Below, piece after piece: positions 9,317 to 19,296 of a stretch of DNA of 64,000 nucleotides. Each line of letters begins with the position of its first letter. Position 1 is the stretch's first letter. The stretch covers positions 3,520,001 through 3,584,000 of the forward strand of contig OZ253555.1 in NCBI GenBank assembly GCA_965262725.1, in the 5' to 3' direction. The DNA comes from Dehalococcoidia bacterium (GTDB taxonomy: Bacteria > Chloroflexota > Dehalococcoidia > UBA2979). The notes beneath the pieces were generated by a model, which was not told the origin of the DNA, searched no databases, and saw nothing but the letters and a program-made list of their open reading frames with translations. The position numbers were made by a program, and so were the translations under genes.

Positions 9317-10352
9317 ATGCGGCGCCTGATCGTCCCCCTGGCCTCCATTCACCTGCTCTTCGCCGTCGGCGCCGCGTGGTACGCCTTCGTCGAGGGCTTC
9401 GGCCTCTTCGACGGCATCTACATGGTCGTGATCACGCTCACCACGGTCGGCTACGAGGAGGTGCGCCCGCTCGACGCCAGCGGGCGGATCTTCACGATGC
9501 TCTTCGTTCTCAGCGGGGTCGGGCTGATGTTCTACACCGCGGTCGCCCTCGTCGAGCACGTGATCGTGAGCAGCGTCGTCGAGGGGATCGGCGAGCGGCG
9601 GTTGAGCCGGAGGTTACGCCAGATGCGAGACCACATCGTCGTATGCGGATTCGGGCGGGTCGGTCAGGAGGTCGCCCGCGAGCTCGCGCGCCGCGGTGAG
9701 TCGCTCCTCATCATCGACCGCGACAAGGATGTCTGCGAACGGGCGCGCGACACCGGGCACACCGTCCTCCTCGGCGATGCGACCGACGAGGACGTGCTCG
9801 AGCAGGCCGACGTCGAGCGCGCCTGCGCTGATCGCGGCGGCGGACTCCGACGTCGTCAACGCCTTCACCGTGCTCACCGCGCGCGCCCTCAACCCGTCGA
9901 TGGACATCGTTGCCCGGGCCGGTAGCGACTCCGGCGAGCACCGGCTCACGACGGCGGGCGCAAACCGCGTGATCTCCCCGTACCGCATTGCCGGGCGGCG
10001 GATGGCGCTCGCGGCCACGCAGCCCCTCATCCAGGAGATCGTCGACCTCTTCGCGGCGCAGCGGCCGGAGGGCGAGCAGCTCTTCGCCGAGCTCGGGATA
10101 TCGGAAGACGCCGCAGCGCTTCCCGGGCGCACCGTCGGCGCCGTCCTCCCGAGCTCCGACCGAACGCGCGTGCTCGGGCTCCTGCGGGCCGACGGCGAGT
10201 TCATCGCGGGACCGGCCGTCGAGACGCCGCTTCAGTCCGGCGACCGTCTCATGATCTTCGGGGTCGAGTCGGAGATTCAGGAGATCGCGCACCGGCTCGA
10301 ACGCACGGCCGAGGCGCCGGCCCGCCCGACGTCCGCCGGCGGGAGCGGATAG
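9317..10352 (+). pseudogene. 2-TM K+ channel with RCK (TrkA-N/TrkA-C) domains, split by a frameshift near 9825
   Basis: First frame: TM-TLTTVGY-TM and HIVVCGFGRVG up to DVERA; second frame continues ALIAAADSDVVN...GANRVISPY...LQSGDRL. Could be an assembly error. Confidence 0.8.
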
Positions 10353-10422
10353 GCGCTCGTCGCCGCCAATCGCCGCCGCACCCCCGAGCGTCGGCTACCA
10401 TCGGGCACTGACGGGAGACGCG

Positions 10423-11427
10423 ATGGACGCGTCCGCTCGCCTCGCCTGGATCATCCGCAACCCCTCGGCCCGGAGCGCGCCCTCCGAGGCCCGGCTTCGG
10501 GCCGCGGCCGAGCCGCTGCGCCGCCGCGGCTGGCAGATCGAGATGCGCAGCACGGAGTCGCCGGGCGACGCGGAGTCGCTGACACGCGAGGCGCTGGCCG
10601 CCGGCGCCGCGACGATCGTCGCGGCGGGCGGCGACGGGACGGTTCACGAGGTCGCCAACGGGCTCGCGGGGAGCGACGGGGCCCTCGGCGTGATCGCGTG
10701 CGGGACCGCGAACGTGTGGGCCCGCGAGATGCGGCTGCCCCCCTCCCCGGAGCGGGCGCTCGCGCTCGTGGCGAGCGGATGGCGCGCCCGCCTCGACCTC
10801 GGTGAAGCCGCCCTCTCGAACGGCCGCGGCGCGAGGCGCTTCCTCCTGATGGCCGGCGCCGGCCTCGACGGCTCCGTGGTGCGCGCGATGCACGGGCGGC
10901 GTAGCGCCAAGCGCATCGGCGGGCGGGCGGCGTTCGGTCCCGCGATCGTCGACGCCGCGCTGCGAGCGCGGCCCCTCCCCGTCCACGTCACGGCCGGAGG
11001 ACGGGTACTGCACCGGGAGCTGTGGCAGGCGGTCTGCGGCAACACCCGGAGCTTCGCGGGCGTGCTCGAGCTGACGGCCGACGCGCGCGCCGATGACGGG
11101 GCGCTCGACCTTCTGCTGCTGTCGGGTGGCGGGCGCCGGAGGCAGGCCGCGCTGATCGCGCGCTCCCTCAGGGGCGCGCTCCACCGCCGCCGGGCGCCGG
11201 GAATCGACTACCTACGTCACGCCGCGCTCGTGATCGCGCTGGACGCCGGGGCGAGCGCTCCGCTCGAGGTACAGGCCGACGGCGAGCCCCTGGGCGTCGT
11301 CGATCCCGGAAGCGAACTCCGTCTGCGCGCGCTCCCCGCAGCGCTCGTCGCAATGCTGCCGCGCCGCCCGACGCCGCTGCTCGCCGCGCGTCCCCAGCCG
11401 CCTGAGCACCCGGCGAGGCGCGGCTAG
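10423..11427 (+). CDS. Diacylglycerol/lipid kinase family protein (YegS/DgkB-like)
   Basis: NPSA, GGDGTVHEVANG, GTANVWARE, GAGLDG, QADGE motifs. Confidence 0.9.
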   Translation: MDASARLAWIIRNPSARSAPSEARLRAAAEPLRRRGWQIEMRSTESPGDAESLTREALAAGAATIVAAGGDGTVHEVANGLAGSDGALGVIACGTANVWAREMRLPPSPERALALVASGWRARLDLGEAALSNGRGARRFLLMAGAGLDGSVVRAMHGRRSAKRIGGRAAFGPAIVDAALRARPLPVHVTAGGRVLHRELWQAVCGNTRSFAGVLELTADARADDGALDLLLLSGGGRRRQAALIARSLRGALHRRRAPGIDYLRHAALVIALDAGASAPLEVQADGEPLGVVDPGSELRLRALPAALVAMLPRRPTPLLAARPQPPEHPARRG

Positions 11428-12665
11428 GACGGCGCCTGGTCGACCGCCCGCAGCTCGCCGGCGGCGAGGAGCAGCCGGCGCTCGCCGACGATGGCGCCCG
11501 GCGGCGGTCGCGTCGAGTCCGGCGTCGTCACGACGAGCTGATCGACCGCGTACGCCACCGCGATCACCCGCTCGCGCCTGCGGGCATCCAGCTCCGAGAG
11601 AACGTCGTCGAGCAGGAGCACCGGCGGCTCCCCCGTGCGGGAGCGGAAGAGCTCGACCTCGGCGAGTCGCAGGGCGAGCGCCGCGCCGCGCTGCTGGCCA
11701 CGAGAGGCGGTGGTCGCCAGGTCGCGGCCGCCCAGCAAGAACGCGACGTCGTCGCGGTGCGGGCCGATGCGCGTCACGCCCGCCGCGACATCGTCCCGGC
11801 GACGCTCGGCCAGCGTCTCGCGGAACGCCTGCGAGAGCCAGCCTCCCGTGGCGTCGCCCCCGGCGAGCAGTTCGCGGGCGAGACCCTCCGGGAGCGCCGG
11901 CCGGTAGCACGGCCGAAGAGGCGCATCCCCCGGGGCCAGCTCGGCGTAGCGCTCGGCGGCGGCGGCGGCGAGCTGCTCGACCGAACGGGCGCGCTCGGCA
12001 AGCAGCACCGCGCCGGCCGCTGCGAGCTCCTCGTCCCAGAAGTCGAGCTCATCGGGGCGCCCGCGTCGCTCGGCGAGCCGGCGCAACAGGCTGTTGCGCT
12101 GCTGCAGGACGCGCGCGTAGCGCTGCGCCGCCCGCACGTACCTCCCGTCGAGCTGCGAGAGCGTGAGATCGAGATAGCGCCGCCTGGCCGCGGGCGGCCC
12201 GGACACGACCCCGAGGTCGCCGGCGGAGAAGAGCACCACCCGCAGCGTCCCCACCAGGTCGGAGGCCCTCCGCGCCACGCCGTTGAGCCGGAAGCGGCGG
12301 CCGGTCGGCGGAGGAGGCGCGTCGGCCGCTCCCGGTGGCGGGCCGCCGTCCGCGCTTCCGGCCGGCGTGGAGAGCGTCCGCGCGGCGACGGTCATCTCCA
12401 CCGTGTCGCTGCCGCCCGCGCTCTCGACGCGTCCCGCGAAGCGGGCGGCGGGGAGGGGCTCCTCGCGGAGCGCCGCCCACGAGATCAGCTCGACATCGGT
12501 CCCCGGTCGCTGGCTGCGGGTGGTCGCGAGGAGCGCGATCGCCTCGAGCAGGTTGCTCTTCCCCTCGGCGTTCCCGCCGACGACGACGTACGAGCCCCGC
12601 CCCAGGTCGAGCTCCAGCCGGCGGAACGAGCGGACGTTGAGAAGCGAAAGATGCGAGAGATGCAT
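11424..12665 (-). CDS. recF: DNA replication and repair protein RecF
   Basis: GGNAEGKSNLLEAI, GPHRDD, ASRGQQR, LLLDDVLSELD. Confidence 0.96.
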   Translation of the reverse strand: MHLSHLSLLNVRSFRRLELDLGRGSYVVVGGNAEGKSNLLEAIALLATTRSQRPGTDVELISWAALREEPLPAARFAGRVESAGGSDTVEMTVAARTLSTPAGSADGGPPPGAADAPPPPTGRRFRLNGVARRASDLVGTLRVVLFSAGDLGVVSGPPAARRRYLDLTLSQLDGRYVRAAQRYARVLQQRNSLLRRLAERRGRPDELDFWDEELAAAGAVLLAERARSVEQLAAAAAERYAELAPGDAPLRPCYRPALPEGLARELLAGGDATGGWLSQAFRETLAERRRDDVAAGVTRIGPHRDDVAFLLGGRDLATTASRGQQRGAALALRLAEVELFRSRTGEPPVLLLDDVLSELDARRRERVIAVAYAVDQLVVTTPDSTRPPPGAIVGERRLLLAAGELRAVDQAPS

Positions 12666-12827
12666 GCGGCCACTCCCTCGCCCCCGAATCCACCGCCGGC
12701 CGGGGCCGACGGTCGCACCACTATCGACGCCCGACGCGCTCCCGTGAAGCGCCGCGAACGCGCCGGCACGCCGGCCGGAGCGGACGCTCCCTCCCCTGCG
12801 GGCCGGGGGAGACCGCAGGCTTCCCGG

Positions 12828-13937
12828 CTAGGGTCGGTAGAGGCGCTCCGTCCACGGGAGCGGGTCGACGTTGATCCCCCACACCGTGATCTCCCAGTGC
12901 AGGTGCGGCCCCGTGGCGAGACCGGTGGAACCGATCGCCCCGATCACCTGCCCTGCTTCGACGGCGTCCCCGGCCGCCACCTCCTCGGCGTCGAGGTGGT
13001 GGTAGCCGCTGAGCACGCCAGCTCCGTGGTCAATGATGATGGAGCGCCCGCGGATCGGCATCTCGCCCACCCAGATGACGCGGCCCGGCGCGGCCGCGAG
13101 CACCGGCGTCCCGAGGGCGTTCGCAAGATCCGTGCCGGTGTGCGATGCGCCGACCGGCCCGCCGTTGATGGAGCGCGCCGAGCCGAACTGGGTCATGATC
13201 ACACCACGGGCAGGGACACGGAAGGGCGCATCCCAGCGCGGCACGTGGTCGTAGGTGGAGAACTGCTGCGCGCGCAGCCGCGCCTCCTCCTCGACCGACT
13301 CCGGCGCGAGGAGTGCGGTCATCACCGCCGCCGGTAGCTGAAGCTGATCGACGGGCCGCTCCACCGCGATGACCTCGTAGCTGCGCTCGATGACGTCGAT
13401 CAGCCTGCCGGAGGTGGTCCGCGTCTCGATCGAGAGGAGCGCCGGGCCCGGTCCAGCGCCAACCGGAACGCCCACCACGCCCCAGAACAGATCGTCCTCC
13501 GGCACCAGGGGGACGGTCTCGTCGCGGTAGCGCAGCATCGCGAACGCGGCGCCGGGGGCCGCGACGGAGACGACCATCGCCTCGCCGTTGCCGACGACCT
13601 CGGGCTCCACCTCGACCAGTGCCGGCTCCGCGGGCGCCGCGTCCAAAGCGGCCGACGCCTCCGCCGGTGTGGCCGTCCCGAGCGATCCGGCCGCCGTCGG
13701 GGTCGCGGCCGCGGGGGAGGCCGGCGCGGCCGGCGTCGGGCCGGCCGGCGTCGCGACCACGGCCGCGCCGAGCCTCTGCCTGACCGCCACTGGCTGAGCT
13801 GCGGGCTTCCCGCCGAGCTGCGACACCCACGCGCCCGCGGCCGCCGCGGCGAGCAGTAGCGCCACCAGCAGCAGCGCGACCCTGACGGTGAGCACGCGCC
13901 CCGCGACGCCTGACCGTCGCTCGCGATCCTCCCTCAC
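12828..13937 (-). CDS. M23 family metallopeptidase with N-terminal membrane anchor
   Basis: HTGTD and GPHLHWE zinc motifs; N-terminal TM then Pro/Ala linker; start uncertain. Confidence 0.88.
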   Translation of the reverse strand: MREDRERRSGVAGRVLTVRVALLLVALLLAAAAAGAWVSQLGGKPAAQPVAVRQRLGAAVVATPAGPTPAAPASPAAATPTAAGSLGTATPAEASAALDAAPAEPALVEVEPEVVGNGEAMVVSVAAPGAAFAMLRYRDETVPLVPEDDLFWGVVGVPVGAGPGPALLSIETRTTSGRLIDVIERSYEVIAVERPVDQLQLPAAVMTALLAPESVEEEARLRAQQFSTYDHVPRWDAPFRVPARGVIMTQFGSARSINGGPVGASHTGTDLANALGTPVLAAAPGRVIWVGEMPIRGRSIIIDHGAGVLSGYHHLDAEEVAAGDAVEAGQVIGAIGSTGLATGPHLHWEITVWGINVDPLPWTERLYRP

Positions 13938-14164
13938 CCACCGAACTCCATCGTCGTCGTGCCCCCGATTCGCTCTCCGAGCATGCCACGGCCGACATTG
14001 CCCGCAAGATGGGCGGCGGCCGCACGTAGTCTCCCCCGGTTTTGCTATACTCCGCTGCCCCCTGTGGAGCGACCGCCTGATGGTATCCACGGCGGCCCGA
14101 CCCGCCCGGCGATCGGCGGTTCTGGCACCCGCCGGTGGTCCTGAGCGACCGGAGGTGAGGTGTC

Positions 14165-15121
<957 letters not shown>

Positions 15122-15125
15122 CGCC

Positions 15126-16409
15126 GTGCAGCCGGGGGACGACCCCGGCCGCCTGGAGATCCGGCTGATTCCGGCCGGCGTCGCCGTCCTCGTCGCGGTC
15201 GCCGCGATCATCATTGGATTCGCCACCGGATTCTGGCTGCTCTTCCGCGTCGCCTATGTGGTGGCGATCGCGTTGCCGCTGCTCTACCTGTGGAGCCGCT
15301 CGATGGGCGAATCCCTCGACGTCGAGGTCGCCCGGCGCACGCACCGCGTGTCGCGGGGGCAGCCCCTGACCGGCCACCTCACGCTGAGGTCGCTGACGTT
15401 CTGGCCGAAGGTCTGGCTCGAGGTCGAGGACCCCTGCTCGATTCCCGGTCACGTCGTGCGGCGCGTGCTGACCCTCGGTCCGCGCGAGATGAAGACGTGG
15501 CGGTACTCGACGCCGACGCGTCGCCGCGGCGTCTATGAGCTCGGGCCCGTCTCCGTCACCGCCGTCGACCCGCTCGGCCTCTTCCGGCTCACCCGCCGCT
15601 TCGGGCGGCGGGATGCCGTGATCGTCTACCCGAGCGCCCCGGAGCTCCCCAACTTCTACATTCCCCCCGCCAACCTCCCGGGGGAGGGCCGCTTCCGCCA
15701 GCGCACGCACAACGTGACCCCGACCGTCGCGGGCGTACGCGCCTACGCTCCCGGCGACTCCTACAACCGCATCCACTGGCCGGCGACCGCACGCACGGGC
15801 GAGCTCATGGTGAAGCAGTTCGAGCTCGATCCGAGCTCCGACATCTGGATCGTGCTCGACCTCGATGAGGCGGTGCACGTCGGGGAGGGCGACGACTCCT
15901 CCGAGGAGATCGCTGTCTCCATCTGCGCCTCGATCGCGCGCTACTTCATCGGCGCGAACCGCTCGGTCGGCTTCGTCTCCTTCGGTGAGGCGCTCAACGT
16001 GCAGGAGCCGGATCGCGGCCAGAATCACTACACCCGCATCCTCGAGTCGCTGGCGCTCGCGCGCGCGATCGGCGACGCCCCGCTCTCCGCGCTGCTGCTG
16101 GAGGAGGCGCGGCGCTTCGGGCGGCACACCACCGTGGTCGTCGTGACGCCCTCGACGGACCAATCGTGGGCGCTCACGCTGATGACCCTCGCCGCCCGCG
16201 GCGTCCCCGTCGCCGCCGTTCTGATCGAGGCGGAGACCTTCGCCCCCGCCGGTGGCGAGCCGGTCCGGAGCTCCCTCGACGTCTACGGGACGCTCGCGGC
16301 GGGCGGCATCCACACCTACACGGTCAAGAGGAGCGACGACCTCGTGCGCGCGCTCTCCGCCGGCGGTGAGGCCGGCGCGCAGACGCGCCCCGCCGGCGGC
16401 CGGCCGTGA
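15126..16409 (+). CDS. DUF58 domain membrane protein
   Basis: VRAYAPGDSYNRIHWPATARTGELMVKQFE; N-terminal TMs; follows MoxR. Confidence 0.9.
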   Translation: MQPGDDPGRLEIRLIPAGVAVLVAVAAIIIGFATGFWLLFRVAYVVAIALPLLYLWSRSMGESLDVEVARRTHRVSRGQPLTGHLTLRSLTFWPKVWLEVEDPCSIPGHVVRRVLTLGPREMKTWRYSTPTRRRGVYELGPVSVTAVDPLGLFRLTRRFGRRDAVIVYPSAPELPNFYIPPANLPGEGRFRQRTHNVTPTVAGVRAYAPGDSYNRIHWPATARTGELMVKQFELDPSSDIWIVLDLDEAVHVGEGDDSSEEIAVSICASIARYFIGANRSVGFVSFGEALNVQEPDRGQNHYTRILESLALARAIGDAPLSALLLEEARRFGRHTTVVVVTPSTDQSWALTLMTLAARGVPVAAVLIEAETFAPAGGEPVRSSLDVYGTLAAGGIHTYTVKRSDDLVRALSAGGEAGAQTRPAGGRP

Positions 16410-18790
16410 CCGTCTCCTTCGAACACCTCTTCCGCGGCCCGACGCCCGGGTTCGGGCAAGAGCCGGCCGCCAGCGAGCCGGGCAGGCTCGATTTCCTGCG
16501 CTCACGCGAGGAGTGGATCACGCTCGCGCTCCTGGTGATCGCGCTCGCCGCGGTCGTCTCCTCGGTGGAGGACGCCAACTGGGTGGGGGAGATGCCCTCG
16601 CTCGCGATGGTCGGCTTCGGCGGGCTGGCGGCGGGGTGGGTCGCCTCGCAGCTGCCGACGCGCGCCGCCTGGGGCGTGCCCGCAGCCCTCGCCTGGGGCA
16701 CGCTCTTCGTGACCGCGCTACTCCTGCACACGCTGCGGCTCTCCGACCCCGAGGGACCCACCGGCCTCATCATCCGCTGGAGCGAGATGAAGCTCCGCAT
16801 CGCCCGCTGGGTCGAGGTGCTGATAGACGGCGGCATCTCCAACGACTCGCTCCCGTTCGTCGCCATGCTGGTGGCCCTGGTGTGGCTCATCGCCTTTCTC
16901 GCCGCCTGGGCCACCGTGCGCTGGCAGAACGCCTGGATCGCGCTGCTGCCGCTCGGCGTGCTGCTTCTCACCAACATCGCCTACCTCCCCGGGCAACCCG
17001 CCCTCCCCTTCACCATCTTCCTCTTCGCCGGCGTCCTGCTGATCACGCGGCTGCACGTGGTGCGAGCTGTCACGGGCTGGGGCACGAACGACACGGTTCG
17101 ACCCGACGCGCTGCCGATGGAGGTGCTGCGCGTCTCCAGCCTGGCCGCCGTCGTGCTGCTGGTCGCCGTGTGGATCGTCCCGACCGCGAACAACATCGGG
17201 CCGCTCGCCGATCGCTGGGCGGCGCTGATCGCGCCCGTCACCGATCGCGCCGAGCAGATGGGCCGCCTCTTCGTCGGCGTCGGATCGCGCCCGGACACGC
17301 TGCATCATCGCTACGGCGACGTGCTGCCACTGAAGGGGCGCGCGCGCCTCGCTCCGGAGCCGCTGCTCGAGGTGGAGGCGCCCGGCGAGGGCCTCCTGCG
17401 CGCCCTCGCCTACGACACGTACGCCGGCCAGGGGTGGCAGATCTCCAGGACCAACGAGCTGCCGCTCGCCGGAGCCGCGGATCCGCTCGCAGAGAGCGGC
17501 ATCGCCCGCACGCGGCGCGAGCTGCGGGTTCCGGTCAGCATCGAGGTGACGCTCCTGGAGCGCGTCGGCGACCGCGTGCTCTTCGCTGCGGGGGATCCGC
17601 TCTCGGCCGACCTCGAAGCGAACCGGCGCGTCGGGCCCAGCCCGATCGACGCCGTCTCGCTGCTGCCGGAGCGCCGGCTGGGTTCCGACGACAGCTACAC
17701 CACCGTCGGCACGGTCTCCGCCGCCGAGCTCGAGCGCCTCATCGCCTCGGGGACCGACTACCCCGCCTGGGTCACCGACCGCTACCTGCAGCTCCCCGAC
17801 GACCTCCCCGCCGCCGTCCGCGTCTACGCCTCCACCTTCGTCTCCCCGGGAACGCAGCCCTACGTGGCGGCGCGGCTGGTGGAGCAGCACCTGCGGACCT
17901 TCCCGGTCGACCTGCGCGTCCCGGCCCCGCCGCCGCTCCGCGACGCCACCGCCTACTTGCTCTTCGACGCGCAGCGCGGGTATTTCGATCACCACGCCTC
18001 CGCGATGGTGGTGCTCTTGCGCACGCTCGGCATCCCCTCCCGCATCGCCGTCGGCTTCGTGATCGACGACGCTCAGCTCGACGAGGAGACAAAGCGATAC
18101 ACGATCAGCGAGCGCGAGAGCTGGGCGTGGCCCGAGGTCTACTTCGCGGGCCTCGGCTGGCTCGAGTTCAACCCGACGCCCTCCCGGGCGCTCATCCCCC
18201 GTCCCGGTGACGACGCGGGCCTGCTGCAGGCCTTCGGCCTGACCGAGGTCGACGGCACCATCTTCAATGAGATCCCCTTCGACGAGGACGCGGACTTCGA
18301 GGCCCTGCTCGCCAGCCTGGGCATCGATCTCGGCGAGGAGGGTCCCGCCGACGTCGACTTCGGAAACGAGAGCGGCGCCCGCGCGGTAGCGCGCATCGCC
18401 GGCTGGATGCTCGCCCTCGCGACGGCGGGCCTCGCGCTCATCCTCGGCGGGCGCTGGCTGTGGGAGCGCCCGTACCGGGGCCTCCCCTCCTCGACGCGGC
18501 GCTGGGGCAAGCTCTCGCGCCTCGCGGCCTGGACCGGCGCCGAGACGGCGCCGACGCGCACGCCGCGCGAGACAGCCTCCGAGTGGCGCGAGGTGCTGTG
18601 GCCGCGACCGGTCGATGCCGCTCCGCTCGCGGCCGCCTTCGCCCGCGAGCGCTACGGGCGGCCCGGCTACACCGAGCGGCCCGACGACGCGGAGGAGCTG
18701 GACTTGCTCTACGTGCAGCTCCGCAACCGCTTCTTCCGCCGCCTGCTCGGACGCTGGCGTCCGCGGCCGAGGCGCTCCCAGGCGCGCTAG
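16406..18790 (+). CDS. TgpA-like multi-TM transglutaminase-fold protein, catalytic triad substituted
   Basis: Multiple N-terminal TMs; GYFDHHASAMVVLLRTLGIPSRIAVGF and AWPEVYFAGLGWLEFNPTP core; C-terminal TM and DUF4129-like tail; GTGA overlap with DUF58. Confidence 0.88.
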   Translation: MTVSFEHLFRGPTPGFGQEPAASEPGRLDFLRSREEWITLALLVIALAAVVSSVEDANWVGEMPSLAMVGFGGLAAGWVASQLPTRAAWGVPAALAWGTLFVTALLLHTLRLSDPEGPTGLIIRWSEMKLRIARWVEVLIDGGISNDSLPFVAMLVALVWLIAFLAAWATVRWQNAWIALLPLGVLLLTNIAYLPGQPALPFTIFLFAGVLLITRLHVVRAVTGWGTNDTVRPDALPMEVLRVSSLAAVVLLVAVWIVPTANNIGPLADRWAALIAPVTDRAEQMGRLFVGVGSRPDTLHHRYGDVLPLKGRARLAPEPLLEVEAPGEGLLRALAYDTYAGQGWQISRTNELPLAGAADPLAESGIARTRRELRVPVSIEVTLLERVGDRVLFAAGDPLSADLEANRRVGPSPIDAVSLLPERRLGSDDSYTTVGTVSAAELERLIASGTDYPAWVTDRYLQLPDDLPAAVRVYASTFVSPGTQPYVAARLVEQHLRTFPVDLRVPAPPPLRDATAYLLFDAQRGYFDHHASAMVVLLRTLGIPSRIAVGFVIDDAQLDEETKRYTISERESWAWPEVYFAGLGWLEFNPTPSRALIPRPGDDAGLLQAFGLTEVDGTIFNEIPFDEDADFEALLASLGIDLGEEGPADVDFGNESGARAVARIAGWMLALATAGLALILGGRWLWERPYRGLPSSTRRWGKLSRLAAWTGAETAPTRTPRETASEWREVLWPRPVDAAPLAAAFARERYGRPGYTERPDDAEELDLLYVQLRNRFFRRLLGRWRPRPRRSQAR

Positions 18791-18839
18791 CGCCGGGCGT
18801 ACCTCCTGGCTTCGCCCGCGAGGTGTTCCCCTCCCCCCG

Positions 18840-18870
18840 GGGGAGAGGCGGCCCCTCACCGCCTCTCCCC
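18840..18870. terminator. 12-bp perfect hairpin between convergent operons (terminator or REP-like element)
   Basis: GGGGAGAGGCGG-cccctca-CCGCCTCTCCCC; no U-tract. Confidence 0.45.
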
Positions 18871-18909
18871 GTGGCCACTTCCCTGCGGTTACCCGGGAGC
18901 GGCCGTGCG

Positions 18910-19290
18910 TCCTCAGGCTCCGCGCGCGATGACGCAGGCCTGCTCTCATGACGCGACTCGCTCCGGCTCTCCCGGCGAAGCGTGCCGTCCCACGTGATGG
19001 TCCGCACGGTGCGCACCACGAGCCCGTCGTGCCCCGGCTCGACGATCCGCGCCTCGCCCGGCTTCAGGCCGGGATCGACGACGACACGCGTGAGCGCCGG
19101 CTCGCGGACGAGCTCATCCACCACCACGTCGACGGTGAGGTCCGGGGGCCGGTCGGCCCCGACCATCGCGCGCACGCGATCGGCCTCGATGTCAACGCTG
19201 AGCACGACCGCGTACGGAAACGGGTTGGAGAAGCGCAGATCGCGGTAGCCGTGCTCGATGGTGCAGTCGCGCCCGAGTTCGCTCCGCGGC
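18910..19290 (-). pseudogene. 5'-truncated remnant of a VanW + G5 domain gene
   Basis: LGRDCTIEHGYRDLRFSN resembles the VanW C-terminal motif; VVVDPGLKPGEARIVEPGHDGLVVRTVR resembles G5; no plausible start. Confidence 0.65.
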
Positions 19291-19296
19291 GCCGGC

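Noticed and set aside
12787-12812. CTCCC...GGGAG palindrome similar to the one near 18830-18870, as a REP family
   Set aside because: Only two short, degenerate copies; cannot be told apart from terminator-like hairpins.
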